Source of the DNA: Candidatus Poribacteria bacterium
Lineage (GTDB): Bacteria > Poribacteria > WGA-4E > WGA-3G
NCBI GenBank assembly: GCA_965197475.1
Contig: CBDANF010000002.1
Span: 416,001-480,000 of the forward strand
DNA length: 64,000 nt
Reading direction: 5' to 3'
The translations under genes were made by a program, and so were the position numbers. The first letter of the stretch is position 1. Every line of letters starts with the position of its first letter. The notes under the pieces were generated by a model that saw nothing but the letters and a program-made list of their open reading frames with translations, did not search any database and was not told the DNA's origin. Below are positions 61,879-64,000 of the stretch, in pieces.

Positions 61879-63210
61879 TCAGTTGTCCTTGCCATCAGAG
61901 GTTGGTACTGCATCGGGTTTGATTTTGATATAAGCATTTTCAAGGAGCGTATCAGTATAAGCGGTCCACTCTTTTTCAAAAAGTTGTTGACGTAGGATAC
62001 CGATAATCTGCAGTTTTTCTTGTTGTGTCAACTCAGGCGTTTTGCGTTCATCAACTTTGTAGATATAGAGACCGACTTCGGTTTCAAACGGTTCACTATG
62101 TTTTCCAACCTCAAGCGGTTCGACAACTTTCCGAGTTTTTGGATTTAACTCAGTTAGGATATGGACCCCAAGGTCCCCACCTTTTTCACGGGTTTCCGCA
62201 TCATCGGAATGTTCTTTAGCAATGGCGATAAATTTTTCCCCAGCTTCTAATTTTTTGAAAATTCCCTCGGCTTGTTCACGGGCAGTCTGTAAAGCCTTTT
62301 CACTAAATAGAAATGGAACAGTTAAATGTCGAAACGAAATCTTTTCATCAGTTCGGGTTTCAACCATGAAAACATGGATGCCATCAGCCGCTTCAATAGG
62401 TTCACTAACTTCCCCTGCTTTGAGTTTGGCAAGGACAGTTAGGAACACATCAGGATATGAAAGTATCTCTGCGGGAGTGGTTTCAATGAGAGAGCCGGCT
62501 TGGGTGTTTGGATTATGTTTTGAAGCGATGCGGCGAGCAACAACTTCAAATTGTGTTTTATCTGATCGGATCTCTTCAAGTGCCTGATTCACCGCATCAG
62601 ATGCTGCCTTTCTGTCTGCTTCGGTCGGTTTAAAAGCAATGAATACATGACGCAAATGGACTCTATCAGCTTTAGTTGGAAGTTGATCGCGGTTTTCTTC
62701 AAAAAATTTTTGGACATCGCTATCGCGTACCTGTAACCGTGGTAAAATTCTTCCCATAACCAATTTTTCCGTCATCATGTTCCGCTGGATTTGTTCACGA
62801 AAAGCAACAATAGTCATTCCATCGCGGTTAAGCAATTTTTTGAATTCTTCGTCTGATGGAATTTGGTATTGCGTCTTAAACTTTTGAATTTGTTCCTGAA
62901 CCTCAACGTCGGCGACTTGAATTTTTAGGGTTAAAGCTGCTTCTAACAGAAGCATTTGGCGAATGAGTCGATCTAAAAGTTCACCTCGCTGCTTTTCAGC
63001 CTCTTTAAGTGCTTCACTTTCGCTGAATCGGTGACTCTGCTGAAGTTCAAAGGCGTGCTGCTTAACCACTATGTCAAGTCGTCGTTTTGTTATGATATCA
63101 TCGTTGACATAAGCGATAATTTTATCAAATATCTTCGCAATACCAGGAGTCACGCTGCTGAAGATGAGAAGTAGAATCAGAAGCACACTCATTATTATTT
63201 TGGGGTTCAT
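61879..63210 (-). CDS. surA: SurA-like chaperone/peptidyl-prolyl isomerase
   Basis: DKIIAYVNDDIIT N-domain, two rotamase domains (HSDD..GGDLG). Confidence 0.85.
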   Translation of the reverse strand: MNPKIIMSVLLILLLIFSSVTPGIAKIFDKIIAYVNDDIITKRRLDIVVKQHAFELQQSHRFSESEALKEAEKQRGELLDRLIRQMLLLEAALTLKIQVADVEVQEQIQKFKTQYQIPSDEEFKKLLNRDGMTIVAFREQIQRNMMTEKLVMGRILPRLQVRDSDVQKFFEENRDQLPTKADRVHLRHVFIAFKPTEADRKAASDAVNQALEEIRSDKTQFEVVARRIASKHNPNTQAGSLIETTPAEILSYPDVFLTVLAKLKAGEVSEPIEAADGIHVFMVETRTDEKISFRHLTVPFLFSEKALQTAREQAEGIFKKLEAGEKFIAIAKEHSDDAETREKGGDLGVHILTELNPKTRKVVEPLEVGKHSEPFETEVGLYIYKVDERKTPELTQQEKLQIIGILRQQLFEKEWTAYTDTLLENAYIKIKPDAVPTSDGKDN

Positions 63211-63292
63211 GACAGACCTCCACTGTTAGTTCGAAATTCAATTGTCGGTGATAACAACTTGCTAAGGCAACAGAAGTTGCACAAAATGTGTT

Positions 63293-63379
63293 TATAGTAA
63301 AATCCATAATTATTTTTACACTGTGGTGCGGTTAGGAAACCGCACCTACCAGGGTGTTCATAAGTTTTAAATTTCTATA
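63293..63379. mobile_element. Degenerate IS630-type MITE carrying a GTAG REP-like hairpin
   Basis: TATAGTAAAATCCATAATTA resembles the IS630 IR TATAGTAAAACCTGTAATTA; GGTGCGG-N-CCGCACCTAC hairpin at 63325..63349. Confidence 0.45.
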
Positions 63380-63432
63380 AGACACCTAACCACCAAAGCA
63401 AATATTTTGGTGATATATTTCTAACTGCCTGT

Positions 63433-63468
63433 AAAAATAAGACGGGCGGAAATTGTAGTACCGCCCGT
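63433..63468 (-). terminator. Rho-independent terminator
   Basis: ACGGGCGG-N11-CCGCCCGT followed by CTTATTTTT on the minus strand. Confidence 0.7.
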
Positions 63469-63499
63469 ACGTACTATCTGACAACCCTTCAATGAGAAT

Positions 63500-64000
63500 T
63501 TATTTCTCTGGTGATGTTTGTTCGGAGGGTTTTTCAGATTCTTTTTCGGGGACTTCGTCCTCCGGAATGCGGTCAATGAAGGTTTTAACTTGTGCCTGTT
63601 CTCGGAGCTGAGAAACCCACGCTTTCATCAGAGCGTCCCGTCGTTCCCGTTCAACCTTTCTAATGATGTTTTTACGGACATCCTCTTCACTAAAAGGTCT
63701 CTGATATGCGTCTCTGGCCTCTTTCTTAACGAACATCATGTAGTATTTTTCACCCTGCACCTCAATTTCAATGACTGATGGGTGGAGTGTGTCAATTTCT
63801 GCGCTGAAGGCAGCTTCTATGAAGGGTTCTGTTCCTGGTGGATAAGTGTTTTTGCTAATGAAGTCGGTGTCACCGGGTGAGGCAGGGTTTGCTCCAGGTC
63901 CCACCAATTCGCCTCTATCAGACAGTTCTTGTGCTGCAACGGTGATATCTTTTCCGGCTTTTATTTCAGCAAAAACTTCATCGGCGCGTTCTTTGTCCAT
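63500..64000 (-). CDS. C-terminal part of a PrsA/PpiC-type foldase (5' end outside window)
   Basis: AQELS..GDTDF..FIEAAFS..WVSQLREQAQV. Confidence 0.7.
   Translation of the reverse strand: MDKERADEVFAEIKAGKDITVAAQELSDRGELVGPGANPASPGDTDFISKNTYPPGTEPFIEAAFSAEIDTLHPSVIEIEVQGEKYYMMFVKKEARDAYQRPFSEEDVRKNIIRKVERERRDALMKAWVSQLREQAQVKTFIDRIPEDEVPEKESEKPSEQTSPEK

Noticed and set aside
63264-63282. Sigma54 promoter AGGCAACAGAAGTTGCA
   Set aside because: GG-N11-GC spacing is wrong and the orientation is opposite to the adjacent gene
1214-63778. Numerous short antisense or nested ORFs in the six-frame track
   Set aside because: Shadows of well-supported genes, with no motifs or RBS

Overview
Bacterial chromosomal segment with almost all genes on the minus strand. 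The protein repertoire points to Candidatus Poribacteria or a relative (inference): LamG, YWTD/LDLR-B, WD40+FlgD-Ig and LRR exoproteins, most sharing a 'V-x-P/A-x-x-K-x-x-T-(W/L)-G/A-x-x-K' tail. Housekeeping genes include secDF, tRNA-Arg(CCU), apt, a polyol catabolism trio, ALDH, an orphan gspG and surA/lptD. Three accessory zones interrupt them. (1) 10.7-19.7 kb: an AT-rich defence/TA patch with a TPR-GreAB-C-PIN protein fused to a DUF433 antitoxin, a DUF5615 PIN toxin, an IS-split DUF6932 nucleotidyltransferase pair, an IS630 and an IS701-like element. (2) 21-43 kb: expanded secreted eukaryote-like repeat proteins with two sigma54 promoters and upstream palindromes. (3) 43-58 kb: an AAA-ATPase/TOPRIM-like/PIN locus and a type I R-M operon carrying TA cassettes. 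The main leads are three in-frame antitoxin fusions to unrelated proteins, an LptD with nested parvulin domains inside its barrel, a shared C-terminal sorting-like motif, a collapsed mini-hsdR, and several MITE shells carrying internal palindromes. At least nine single-base frameshifts, mostly at short homopolymers, suggest long-read indel errors. All family assignments are from motif recognition by eye; no searches were run.
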